A stretch of 64,000 bases of DNA from Epiperipatus broadwayi (taxonomy: Eukaryota > Animalia > Onychophora), in assembly GCA_028023455.1 (NCBI GenBank), contig JAQFVV010000003.1:23126001-23190000 (forward strand). The letters run 5' to 3'. Below the pieces are notes generated by a model. The model had not been told where the DNA came from. It worked only from the letters and a program-made list of their open reading frames with translations, and ran no database searches. The position numbers and the translations under genes were made by a program. Positions 24,521-36,885 of the stretch are shown here, piece by piece (the stretch's first letter is position 1; every line of letters starts with the position of its first letter).

Positions 24521-26220
24521 ATATATATTGAAGCAGTCAATCTTAGCTTAAGATTGAGCTTCATGGTTCTATCTACTAACGTGTGTTCAAACCCTATATC
24601 CTATCCTGCTCCTTTAATTGTGTATATATATTTTATGTATATATTTGAGATGTGCGCCTAAAAGTTATAAATTTTAACTTTCAATAGCGCTATTGTTTTA
24701 ATCTGGTGAAGGTATTTTTAATTAAAGTTTTTACTTAAAATAAAATGGGGATTAAGATTAACGATTGGACTTTTGTTATAAATATTTTTGTCAAATCTAT
24801 TTCTAATCTGGAAATAGATTTGAATTTATTTTTGGACATTATCTAATGTTGCATCTTCAAAAACAATGGATAAAGAAAAAGTAAGAATTTTTTAAGATCA
24901 GAGATTAGATTTTAAACTAAAACTAAGTAATTAAAAGCATTCCAGAAATACTAGGGCAGGAGTATAAAATGGGCAAATTTTAAATCACCAACAAATTAAC
25001 TACTACTGAGAGAACTGTGTTGTCATCAATACTTCACGCAACTTTGAAATTTAAGATAATGTTAGAGTAGACGCCAATCACTTTTCTGACTCTAGTGGGT
25101 CATTTTCTCCACTAATGTACCATCTAACTGCTGCCCTGAAATGAAGAAAAGTCTAAAAAAGAAGTTTGGAATGCTGATCAGAAGCTGGCTGACACCAAGA
25201 ATTCACATGGATCCATTAATTGCTGTACTTTGAAAAATGGACTATTAAATGGTGCAAGGTAAATTATTTCAAACCGCCACCATTGAAACTAAATCTAGCT
25301 TGCCTAACTAATCTCAAACTCTATTAAGATTTCTCCTAATGTATTACTTATTAACTTGGTGTTTTACTAAAAACGTAAATGTAAATTGCTCTTAAAGCAT
25401 TTTTATGAATCTTAATCTCTCATATGATCTAACTTTCCTTAACTTTGGTATGGTCATTTATTTATAGTATTTATTACTTGATTTTATATATATGCTTTTA
25501 TTATTAATATGCCAATCTCAAGCAATCTGACGAGTTAAATTTCTAAAATCTTTCTTCTTTTTAAGTAAACCTTCATGAATTAAGGTTATTAACGTTCCCT
25601 TAAAATATAATGTATTGTTAATTAATATGCTCACCAGATTGTTTTATGAGTCAACATTTTTTTATCTTTTAGTATAAAAATTTGTTTATTTAATTCTGGA
25701 CTTTACCCGGGGTGAATCCAGAACTCAAGCTAATTAACACTCTGAAATCGTTTAAAATATTATTTATTCAATTCTGAAAGAGTGACTTATTAATTGTTTT
25801 CTATATATAACTGCTAGTTATTTTATTTTTTTCTATACTTTTAAAATAGTATATGCTTAAATATTCTCAGCTGTTATAAAATCCACAAAGGTGGGATTGA
25901 ATTATTTTAAATATCAGAAAAGGAAGGGGGAGGGAGGTCAAATCTAAACATATTTTAGTAAATGAAATCTAAATCTCTCTATATATATTATAACTGCATA
26001 GTGTATTATTTGTCTAAATTATGGTATTCAAACAAGGGTCATTTATTTTAAAGCAGTAAATCATATTTCATGTCGTTAATGACATTCATTCGTACTGCAT
26101 TACTGACATTCGGCTCATCTTCGTGAATTATATATATGTATTACGTGTTTCTAATCTAGTCTGGGGTTGCGACAAGATCGAACCCATAGATTTCTTGTTA
26201 TGTCCTGTTCCATGGGGACT

Positions 26221-26360
26221 TATTCCATATAAAAAGGCCTCTGGCAGTGATTCCAGTAAAGTCTGGCACATGCTATGCATATCCACTTATTTCATAGAAA
26301 AAGGCCTCTTATGTCAATTATACCAGTAAAAGTCTGAGCCATGCCATACCTTATCCACTT
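26221..26360. repeat. Two diverged tandem copies of a unit of about 70 bp
   Basis: aaaaaggcctct...ccagtaaa.gtctg..catgc.at...tatccactt occurs twice. Confidence 0.75.
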
Positions 26361-27608
26361 TTCTCTAAGCACTGCCCCAAGAAGGAGGTCTTAGGCTTCA
26401 TCTTTCATCCAGAAGCACGACTTTTCCTATTATTTCTTTGCCATTATGTCAGTACTGCCCAAACTTCGTATTATTATTATTTCTTTTGCTTATGACCTAG
26501 TTTTAGAGCTGTAATAATATTAAAATTGCGCTCTGCTCAAAATATGTATAAATGCCAAATATTACTAGCTAGATTAATTACTAATATTATTTTAGTTTTA
26601 TTATACAATCCCATTGTCGTAATTTGTTATTTATCTATTTAAGAGTATATGCCTTGGGGAAAATAAAGCGTTCTTTTTTACCAGCACTAATTAAAAGAAT
26701 TTTCATTAAGTATTTTATCGTATAATCAAATATGTTTTCAAATGTATTTTATTTATTTTCACGACCGTAATGGCGTGAAAATGGTTTATATTATATCTGT
26801 CTGTAATGAATCTTGGAACGCTCCCCGAAATAATGTTAACTGTATATAAAAGAGTTAATAGCAATTTTATGTAAATTTTTTCTAATCATTGATTGCCATC
26901 TTAATATTGGACCCACCAAAGTGTGTGTTTATTTATAGTATATGTCGTTAATTAATAAAAGAGCATATGAGAAATATAGCGTGAATGGCAATATATAATT
27001 ATCTATTATTTGGTAGATCGCTTGCTCATTCACACACATACTAATGTATGCAATTAGTTTATAAATGTATGTAAATAATTTGTCATTATATTAAACTAAT
27101 ATTTATTGCTTAACTTGTTTGAGTAGTTCAAATTCCCTTTTCTCCACTTCCACTCGTACAGCTATGTGTATATATATTTTAGTTAAGTCATAGTTAATAG
27201 ATGTCTCATTGTCTTCTCCACTCTGCTAGTGGGCTGGACTTAAGAATTAATTTTTGTGTGCCATCATTGTTATGTTATCCATTAAGTGTTTGATCTGGGG
27301 CTTAGGGAATGGGTTTGAATCCAGGATGGTCCCTGACCTAAATCTCGGGCTTGACTGGGTTTGAAGTATGTTTTATTGAGTTCCAGCTCATGTTACATCG
27401 ATAAACATGTTTTGACTGGTACATAGGATTTTTATATATATATTCTAATTAACGTATTTGTTTTCCTTCACTTGTTATTTTACCCTTATCTCATTTTTTA
27501 TAAATACACAGAAATAAATTTACTGCTTATTTATTTGCATATTAACCTATTCATTCATTGTATTGAATGTTTCCCAAATAAGTATCTAGAGAGATTTGAA
27601 CTTTAGGA

Positions 27609-27802
27609 TTTTTCAGTCTATATTCATTCTTCACTCCATCTCAAACAACCGACATACATGATCACACACACGTGAAAATGATAGATGATCTCCAATATAA
27701 GTATTTCATGCAGAATCAACACTCATCAATTTTTTTCACAAGTATGTGGTCATGTGGGTCAGTTGTTTGAGATAGATTGGAGGACAAATACAGCCTGAAA
27801 AA
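27609..27802. repeat. Fold-back element with arms of about 75 bp and a loop of about 45 nt
   Basis: atctcaaacaaccgacatacatgatcac pairs with gtggtcatgtgggtcagttgtttgagat; outer ttttcagtcta pairs with cagcctgaaaa. Confidence 0.8.
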
Positions 27803-29101
27803 TTTTAAGTTCAAATTCTCTAGTTATTTGTATGTTATAAAATGAACATGTTATTCTGCTCATAAAATTTAATTGAATATTGTTCTTACCAATCTAATTT
27901 CATTCATATGTTATAGTACTTTAATTTTTATTAAAAAGTCCAGCCTATTTTTTTTTTTTTTGAATGGCCTCATTTTCTATCCACATTTTTCACTTAATGC
28001 ATATACAAAAAAAGTACTACTAATTCACCTGCTCAATGCAGAGTACCTTATTTTCAAATATTAAAGCTAATTTCAATCATATTTTTCCAAATTATTCTAC
28101 ACATTTCATATTTTATATATGAGGAACTTATCAGATTTCAAGTCTATTTTTTTTTGTTTTTTGTCTCAGTTCAATTGTCCTTATAATTAATTTCCCCATT
28201 TCTCATCAATATCTTTCATTTTTTATTATTCAATGTTACGCTTTTTATTTCTTCCTATCCCCATAACTTTTATTCTATTTGTAAGAAATATTCCATTCAC
28301 AAGCAATATAAGTAAATAAATAATCGTGTGATGATGAAGATCAAATGATATTCAAGTCACAGGTTGAGCACAGCTGACCCATTTCATTGACTGGCTGAAA
28401 ATCAATGCAGAAGTTGAACTAACTAATACAGCAATATAAATTATAAATTTTTTTATTAAAGTCTATAAAGAGAATTAATACAATGATGTTAACATATTAT
28501 TATGAATGAAAGCATTTTATATTATTATGAAAATAAAATTTAAGATATTGTGTACAATAACCAAATTTTGAAGATACCAGAATCATAAGATCATTTTTTA
28601 AGGAACTCTTTTCATCAGCTATGCCAAGTTTTGGTTTTGTTATAATTTGCAATTTAGAATTTGGCTATTATATATATATATATAACATTTTAATTTCTCA
28701 TTGAGCTTAATTATTCATAATAGATCCAGTTCTGTTGTGCAAGAAATTGTGTAATTGATTACATAGTAGAATATTAATGGATTTTTAAATATCATATTAA
28801 TAAAAGTTTACTTAAATGATTATATTATGATAATTTATTAAAAATTGATCATTTATTATAATTATTATGTTATGCATTGGAATAATTTTAGAGCTATTTT
28901 TATTGTATAATTTTTCTTGAGATTGTTTGAATGTTGGAACGAAGCATAGTGGTAAAATTAAATTGGAGAATGAAATTCATTCTTAAATTTTGAAAAAAAA
29001 AAAAAAAAATTATGAAGTTAATTTGTACATGTAATATCAGATTTACATTTATGTTTTTTAGCTCTCTTATTTTGAATAAGATTTTTAATATAATTTTTCA
29101 G

Positions 29102-29208
29102 TTGCAACAATTTATGCCACATTAGGTGAAGAAGCTCTTATTCATGGAATTAATGAAACGGATGTTTCTGTTGTTGTCACCTCCAGCGAACTTTTGCCAA
29201 AGTTTAAG
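29102..29208 (+). CDS. ACSL3/4: ACSL exon (ATIYATLGEEALIHGINETDVSVVVTSSELLPKFK)
   Basis: ttcag acceptor, gtaaat donor. 107 bp, phase 1/0, in frame with the previous exon across a 23,835 bp intron. Contains the YATLG motif. Confidence 0.95.
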
Positions 29209-31469
29209 GTAAATATAAGCTGAAAATGTAAGTGATAATTTGAATATTTTAAGCAATTTTATAAATAGTAAAACAATTTTATGCACGAAACAATACATTT
29301 TAAAATTTAAAAAAAAAGTTCTTAGTTTCAAATTAAGGATATAAAAAAAAAAATGATCATGTGTTTCAAATAGTTAAAATTGGAAAGGAATAAAAATCCT
29401 TATACTGCTCTTCCACAAAATAATAATCAGAAAATAATAATAAATTCTTTACTACAGCTATATAATCAATAATAATTTTATACATAAAAAGCCTTTTTCA
29501 GCACCTCCTTTGGTGCCCTTTTCAAATAGTTAAATGTATCTGCCAACTATGTCTACAGTCTATTCCACCAGTTTAGACAGATTGAAATTTTGGAAATTTT
29601 TTAGTTTATTTTTAGCCATCCAAATTATTGTCAGTAAATGTGTGTTTAGTTATTCTTAACCAAAAATTAAAACTGAAGAAAAAATCTCAAAACACTCATC
29701 CAAATAATTGTATTAAGTAGTGCTTTCTCTTTCATTGATTCTCTTTGGTCTGTTGTTAAAGAGGTTTTTGTTTATTACTGAGCTTTATAAGACTTTTTTC
29801 TGTAAAATTGAAAGAAAAAAAAAAACATTTATTCAAAAAATTTTTTTTTACCCCATTATCATAATTGTTTTTAAAGAATTGGAAATATACATAAAAAGTA
29901 ATATATATTTACAAAAAAAAATTTTTTTCATATTAACAGAATTTTTTTTTTTTTAGTGGGAGTGGTATTGATTTTTGAGAATCATGCAATTGTATTTTAT
30001 ATATGTATTTGCTTATTTGGAATTAAAAATATTTCTGTCTAAATTATTTCGGAGATTTTCAAATTGTTAGGAATAGGAACTGATTTATAACACATTTTAT
30101 TTAATATGCAAGCCAAGATAGTTTTAAAATTCAGTTTAAATAATAAAAAAAAATCAAGGAGTTTGTTGCTCAAAAACTTTTAGCTATAGTGGCACTAAAC
30201 TTCTCAAGACACTGGTTTTATTTTAAAAACTCAGTAGCATGATGCCACTGTGAACATTATGCATAAGGATTTTAAGAAGAGCTAACTAATATATTATTTT
30301 CCATCTATATTTTTTAAATAAACATTGTATATTTTTACTTAAAACAACTTTTAATAGTAATTTTTTATAAAAAAGAAATTGATTATTGTGGAAGAAATGC
30401 AATAAATTGTTAATTTTATATAATTTTTTTAATACACATCATACTTTTAACCACTGCTGCTGATTCATAAAAACAATCTTTTAATAAATACATGAATGAT
30501 TAATAATCATTTTTGTTAGGTTAGAAATTATTACATATATTAAAATGTGTTGATAACTTTTAATAAAGCATTTCCACTTATGAAGTCCCCCCCCCCCCTT
30601 GTTGCTAACCATTAATTATATTGAAATGTAAGAAAAGGCTGTTTTTAGTAATATGATAAATTATTAAATCTAACTTATTAAACAGTATTACATTACACTG
30701 TGGACTACGATTGTCAGTATAAACTGATACTAAAACTTGACCTTACAACTAATATCCTTTCTCAGTGAGTGGAATTCCTGCAGACATGTGCAAAACACAA
30801 AATCATTCCTAACTGTTGTAGAATATAAATCAACAATGCCATCTATAACTAGGGTAAAATTGCATTGCAGTTACAACTATTTATTTAACAAGATTTTTAA
30901 GGGATATAAAAGGGCCCTCAAAAAGGAGAGAAAATGACTGAATAAAATTTTACACAATATTGTTATTCCTGAATATATCATAAAGAATGTAACAACTTAT
31001 CTTTAAAGCTCAACTTAAAATTTAAATGCAAATTCGCCTTTCTCACAGGCAAATAAGGAATTAAAGTTTCTCCTTTAGACAAAGCTATATTTGTAAACCT
31101 TACTTATAAGTCTCCTCCTCCCATTGTCAAGACAGTACTTGAATTTTGGTTCGTCAGAGGCAAATGGAATGAACCAATCATGGAATTTATAGCAGATGTT
31201 GAGGCGGGTCTTTCAGACAACTTGAATAAAGATAAAATAATCATAGATGAAATACACAGGCTTATATATACCTGTGTCTATATATGTAATAGCATGAAAT
31301 ATGTATATTGGTGATTATTTATCTTTTCGACATGTGTGTTCAGGTGTATCAGTGTTATGAGATAGTGTGGAGAATGGTGGGTCATGTGAAAGTCTGTGCT
31401 CGTACCCTGTCTATTATAAAATAATCATGCAAATTGTAAAATTGATTCGTTTCAAGTCTATGAAAGATG

Positions 31470-32858
31470 CCAAACACAAAAGGAAAATAAATGTAATAGA
31501 TTTGTTTTATTGAATAAAGCTGACTTTATGGATAAAATGATTGATCAGATATATTTTCTCCAATTACAATATAAAACGGAATAAAGACAAATTTATTAGC
31601 AATATATTGCACATACTAAAGGCAAATATAATATTTACCCATCAGCTGCAACACCATCCTGAATGTTTGCCAATGCCAAAATACATAAATCAAATATCCC
31701 ACTTAGGTTAATGTTAGACTTTGGAGGCCTGCACTATTACAGCACCACTAAAATGGTTAATCAATAGCTAACATAACAACTCTTCTTACATCTATTAAGT
31801 TATCCTTTGTAAATCAGCTTATCTCAACATAACAGTTACATGGTTCTATAGATAGAAACATTCTATTAACATCATTAAATCTGAACTCACGAACAACAAT
31901 TCACCTATGCTAATTAACTTTATCATTGACTTCCTTAATTCGTTTGACAACCTTATCATCATGTTTGAGAGACAATATTATTATATGACAGATGGCTGGC
32001 CAATGGATTACCCATAAGTGGGATTGTGTCTAGTTTATATCTTAATCAAATCGAAAGCCAGCTCCTCCCTAAATATTTCACACATATTCCCAACTTTATC
32101 TACACACGATACATAGATGACATATTTATATGTAACCCTGAATCTCTAATTTATGACATCAAAACAAACCCGGAGGTAAAATCCACATTGTTGTGAACTA
32201 TAAAGTGGAAAGATCCACACGGGGAGTTGAAATATCTAGATATCCAAATAGATAAAGATAATCTCTATCTAAATTAAAAGATGTGCCTCAAACCTCTAGA
32301 AATCCGAAGTTTTAAATACCCTAAATCCATCTCACCTAGCTCTCACAAATATGCAAATCTATCTTCATTTTCATATAGAGATTACCTATACAACTTTGGA
32401 GCTGCTTGAGCAATATCTTAAACAATTAACTGGCATAGGTTTCAAATATAATAATCTCACATATCCCTCAGATAGCCAAAACCATTAACAAAGTTTGCTC
32501 CCAAAGTATTGAGTTAGCTACCACACTCCTCTCTCAAGTAACAGATTAATAAATAATTCCAAGGATAAATTCAATACAAATCAAACGTTGCACACCATAT
32601 AAAAAATTACATGACTCCAAGCAGAGTGCAGTGCTATATATTACGGTGAATCACGCACATCCCTCTCTACTTGGATTCCAGAAAACCAATATCTTTACAG
32701 ACAAATTACAGATAATTCCGAGCATAAGTTGATTTTTTTCGAGCACCAAAACACCACAGGCCATACATTTGAGCACACATCTGTCACCATAGCATGCATC
32801 GAATGAACATTATAATGCTATGACTATGAGGACATTTAACAGTCTCAAAAGTGTGTAA
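31470..32858 (+). mobile_element. Decayed Penelope-like element (RT plus GIY-YIG), second family
   Basis: Translation across stops and frameshifts gives RFVLLNKADF, AKIHKSNIPLR, PISGIVSSLYL..IE, TRYIDDIF (RYIDD at 32107-32121), LKYLDIQI, YYGESRTSL and HQNTTGHTF. Confidence 0.85.
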
Positions 32859-32982
32859 CTTCCATTTTATATTTATATTAATTATCATTCAATTTATAGC
32901 TTTTATTACAAACGCATGTCAGTGTATATAACTTTAATTTATAATCATATAAGGAAAGTTGCTTATTTATATTATTATTGAT

Positions 32983-33453
32983 AATAAATTAAAGATTAGC
33001 CTTTCAAGCTAATGTACATGTGCTTTTACAAATGTTAATAATAATAAATGAATACTTTCATTTCCAACACAAGATAAAGTCTTTGCGAACGAATAAATGA
33101 ATCCACTTATTCATTTAACCCAAATGCTTATATATGGGCAAAAATCTTAAGTACTGGATATATGTTTAGTTTCATTTAAGAGTGACGTTTCGTAAATTCT
33201 AGATAATTTCGTTGACGTCATTCATTCAGACATAGTAAACAGTAATTTAAAGTGATTGATTTATCCTCACGCTTTCATATCCAGTACTTAAGATTTGCCC
33301 ATATATAAGCATTTGGGTTGAATGAATAAGTGGATTCATTTATTCGTTCGCAAAGACTTTATCTTGTGTTGGAAATGAAAGTATTCATTTATTATTATTA
33401 ACATTCGTAAAAGCGCATGTACGTTCACTTGAAAGGCTAATCTTTAGTTTATT
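32983..33453. repeat. Young fold-back element: arms 32983-33161 and 33277-33453, 115 bp spacer
   Basis: Near-identical inverted arms, for example aaatgaatactttcatttccaacacaagataaagtctttgcgaacgaataaatgaatccacttattcatt and its reverse complement. Confidence 0.93.
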
Positions 33454-34399
33454 ACAATTTATAAACATAGCGCTATATAAATAAACGCCTCATTTAAATA
33501 TTATTGATAATAGAATTGCTTTAGAACTGCTAAAAAAGAAACTATTCAATGAAGCCAACTTCATTCCACTTTCTGTTATGGTTTTCATGTCATCAAAAGA
33601 AAGCATAATTTATTTCAAGAAATAAAAAATTGTATTGCAGATATTTCTTTTTTTAAACTAAAGTATATGAAGCTGAATTATTTCAAACATTTGCATTCTT
33701 TTATGTTTTTATATTGGCAATAAACATGATAATGTAAGATTTTGAAAGCTATTTGGATGAAATGTAATATCAGTAATAATTATTATTACCTTTCAATGTT
33801 TTTAGGAGATACATTTGCAGCATTAGGTAAAATTAAAGATTGTTGACAGATCTTGGATTTTCTGTGTGCTAATAATATGTAGTTCTTTTTTCTTTTAATA
33901 ATTAAAAAAATATTTCATATATTTCTTCTCATTTATAAGTATATTAGGTAGAAAGAATTGTTATAAAACTACCAAAACTTTTGTATCATATGTGCTTTTA
34001 TTATATAAAAGCATTAAACATGTTAATTATTCTAGATAGTTTCTTCTGGTTTACCATCTTTCAACTGTCTCTATTAAATAAAAATAATTGTCTGAAACTG
34101 TTAAACACTTCAGATTTTATATAATAAAAGTGTGGGGTTTGTTATGCTAAGTTCACTTTTATGTTTTTAAGTATATGATGATGATGATGATATACAATTC
34201 TACAGCACTATAGGCCAATTATAGATTGCACATAAATTAAACAATACATATAAGATTATAAAAATAAAAATGTATATATAAATAATGCAGATTACAAATA
34301 TGAATGGGGGGGGGGATAAAGATGCCATACATCATCACTATTATAAATTAAATGTTATATTTTTTAACAAAAATCATATTATAATTTTTATCATTTAAA

Positions 34400-35420
34400 T
34401 TAAAATAATTACTATTGCAAAAATCTTAATTATAAAAGTTCAATAATCAAACAATGGAGGAAATTTAAGGATATCTGAGTAACTGGTTATAAGATAAAAA
34501 AGACATGAAGTCTTAGATTTATATTCTACTACATTAAATGAAATATTGATTTTATTTACAATTTTGTATAAAAATTTCAGGTCTCTTATTCTTCTCCTTG
34601 AATAGAAAGATAATATGCTGTTTTTTTTTTTATATCTAAACTGACATTTCTGTAAAATTTCTCTCCGATTGAAGTTTAGCAATGTTTCTTTTTGTAATAA
34701 TAATATCCACTGAAGAATTTTGATGTTTTTCTTACAAAGGACTGAATCTTCCTTTTTTTTTTTGATTACTTGTTATTAATAAAAAAATGGTTTGCTATTG
34801 TTTCTTTTATATGATACCCATTAAAAACATTCCACTCTTGCTTATGATTATTTTTTCCAGAATCTTACCAGTGTCATTCATGGTTCAATTTCAGGCAGAA
34901 ATTTTCACTGTAAAGTTCACTGTCATGGTATTTCTCTTAATATAACTATTAGCCAATGAAGAGTGTTCATCTTTGGAGACCCCATCAGAAACATTGCTAT
35001 CATTTGCATATCTCATGATTGTCAAAGTACGGAAGTTGTCATTGGAATTATGTTAAACCCATACTTCAAAATAATAATAATATTGGAAGAATAGGATATA
35101 TCCTGTTTAATTCCTTTGTTATTGTAAAAACAATCTATTTTAACTAGGCCTATTTAACTTAACATTAGAATTTAAGTCACTTCTAAACCTAAAATATCTT
35201 TTAAGACAAGCGTAAAATATTTCAATATCCAAATATCGTAGAGAATGGTTAGTAGTTTTCTAATTGATTGGAAAAAAAAGTACAAGATAAATCTACAAAG
35301 ATATTTCTTCAAAAACTATCAAAAGATTTAATTATATATATTTGTGAGAAGTTATTATTAAATCTGCAACAATGTGTTTATTAAAGGTTTTATTTTATAT
35401 GATTGAAACTTGTTAAGAAT
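34400..35420 (-). mobile_element. Strongly decayed CR1/L2-like LINE RT fragment
   Basis: Minus strand gives KGIKQG, RYAND in place of YADD, and RRRIRDLKFLYKIVN in the thumb region. Confidence 0.55.
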
Positions 35421-35475
35421 TTATATCCTGTTCAGATTTTTTAATATTTTTTTAATAAAATATATATATTTTTAG

Positions 35476-35620
35476 ACTATATTGAATGGATGTCCCAACG
35501 TTACTCATGTAATTTATATGGAAAATAAGTGGAAAAGGGTATCACCTATTGGTTATAAAGATGGTGTTCAAATTTTATCTTTCTCTGAAGTGGAAGCCTT
35601 GGGAGCAACTCCTGATAGCT
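35476..35620 (+). CDS. ACSL3/4: ACSL exon (TILNGCPNVTHVIYMENK...SFSEVEALGATPDS)
   Basis: tttag acceptor, gtaaag donor. 145 bp, phase 0/1. Confidence 0.9.
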
Positions 35621-35706
35621 GTAAAGTTTTCAATTATATTTGTTTTTTTGTTTTTTTCTATTTTGTTATAGTGAATGGATTTAATATTAATAATTTTTTG
35701 TTATAG

Positions 35707-35787
35707 TGGCCGTAACACCTGACAAACCCAAGTCTGATGATTTAGCTGTGATTATGTATACAAGTGGTTCCACTGGTCAGCCAAAAG
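35707..35787 (+). CDS. ACSL3/4: ACSL exon with the AMP-binding P-loop (DDLAVIMYTSGSTGQPKG)
   Basis: tatag acceptor, gtgag donor. 81 bp, phase 1/1. Canonical YTSGSTG.PKG signature. Confidence 0.96.
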
Positions 35788-36069
35788 GTGAGCGATTTTG
35801 TGCATATTAATTTTATTTTAGTAATGTAAAGAACTGTCAAGAATGTTGTAGTTTTAATATTTACTATAATGATAGAAAAGATTGTGTTAAAAGAATGGCA
35901 AATGATTTATCATATCACTTATAATAGCTAAGCATTAGTTCGTAATCATACAAACATTCATGTGTCTTTGGGTGGAAAATATAACATACATTCATTTATG
36001 TATTGGAATTTGAGAGCATAAGCTTTTAAGAAGGGAAGGTAATTACACTTGAATATTAATCATTGTTAC

Positions 36070-36780
36070 TGAAAAAGATATTTCCTGGCGCAACAAAAGA
36101 AAATATAATATTTTAATATTATATTTTGTAAATAATTAGTGAAAAAGAGTCAAGCAACAATTCATAATATATGGATTTTCTTTTTCAGAAAATTCCACAA
36201 GTTCATTTCATTTTTCAATTTAATCTCCACATCAAATTTTTGCAGAACTTCTAATCTTTCAGTTGTTTTACAGTTCTAAGATTAAAATCTTCATTTCACC
36301 ACAATTTTAAAATATTGTTGGGTCTAATAAAAAGCATTTTGTACTTCTAAATAAAATCCTCTATTTTTTTGACAGAACAAGAATTTTTTGGCAGTATAAA
36401 TCTGCATTTGGTATCTTCTATTACACTGAAATATTAATCTTGCCACTCTGTCTGATATATCATCGGTCTCATTTATATAGTTCTTTCTTCACTTGACAAT
36501 AGTTTGCAATGATAGTTTAAAATCGTTTTATGGTAGCTTTAGATTCACAGACAGGGGATTCTTAGCACTGTCACCAACTCTCAAAGCCAACTGAGTACTT
36601 TTGACTGCTATGTTTATAAATACAAAAGAAAATAGCTACTTGCAAACATTCATCCTGTTTTCAAAAAAATCCAACTGAAGTCTCAGATAAAAGCTATTAG
36701 ATAATAGAAGAAAGATATAATATTTTGTTTTTAACCTCTTATGGCAATGTCAGTAAACTTGTCATACTGGTTGATAGATG
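36070..36780 (-). mobile_element. RTE LINE copy 2: decayed 5' UTR and APE part only
   Basis: Matches 62740-63690, for example caggggattcttagcac and taatcttgccac...ct.tc.gata.a.catc. Confidence 0.75.
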
Positions 36781-36885
36781 TTGGGAAGATATTTTTATAC
36801 TATATGTATAATCATAAGATATTAGGAAGCTGTCCTGCTTAGGTTTTTTAAACTCTTCTTTTTTCATACCAATATATTAATCAAA

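Noticed and set aside
25070-25258. Possible extra or alternative exon ending CAAG/GTAAAT
   Set aside because: There is no open frame compatible with the flanking ACSL phases and no ACSL similarity.
28325-28402. Box C/D snoRNA candidate (GTGATGA...CTGA...CTGA)
   Set aside because: There is no terminal stem or convincing C' box, and no guide match was recognised.
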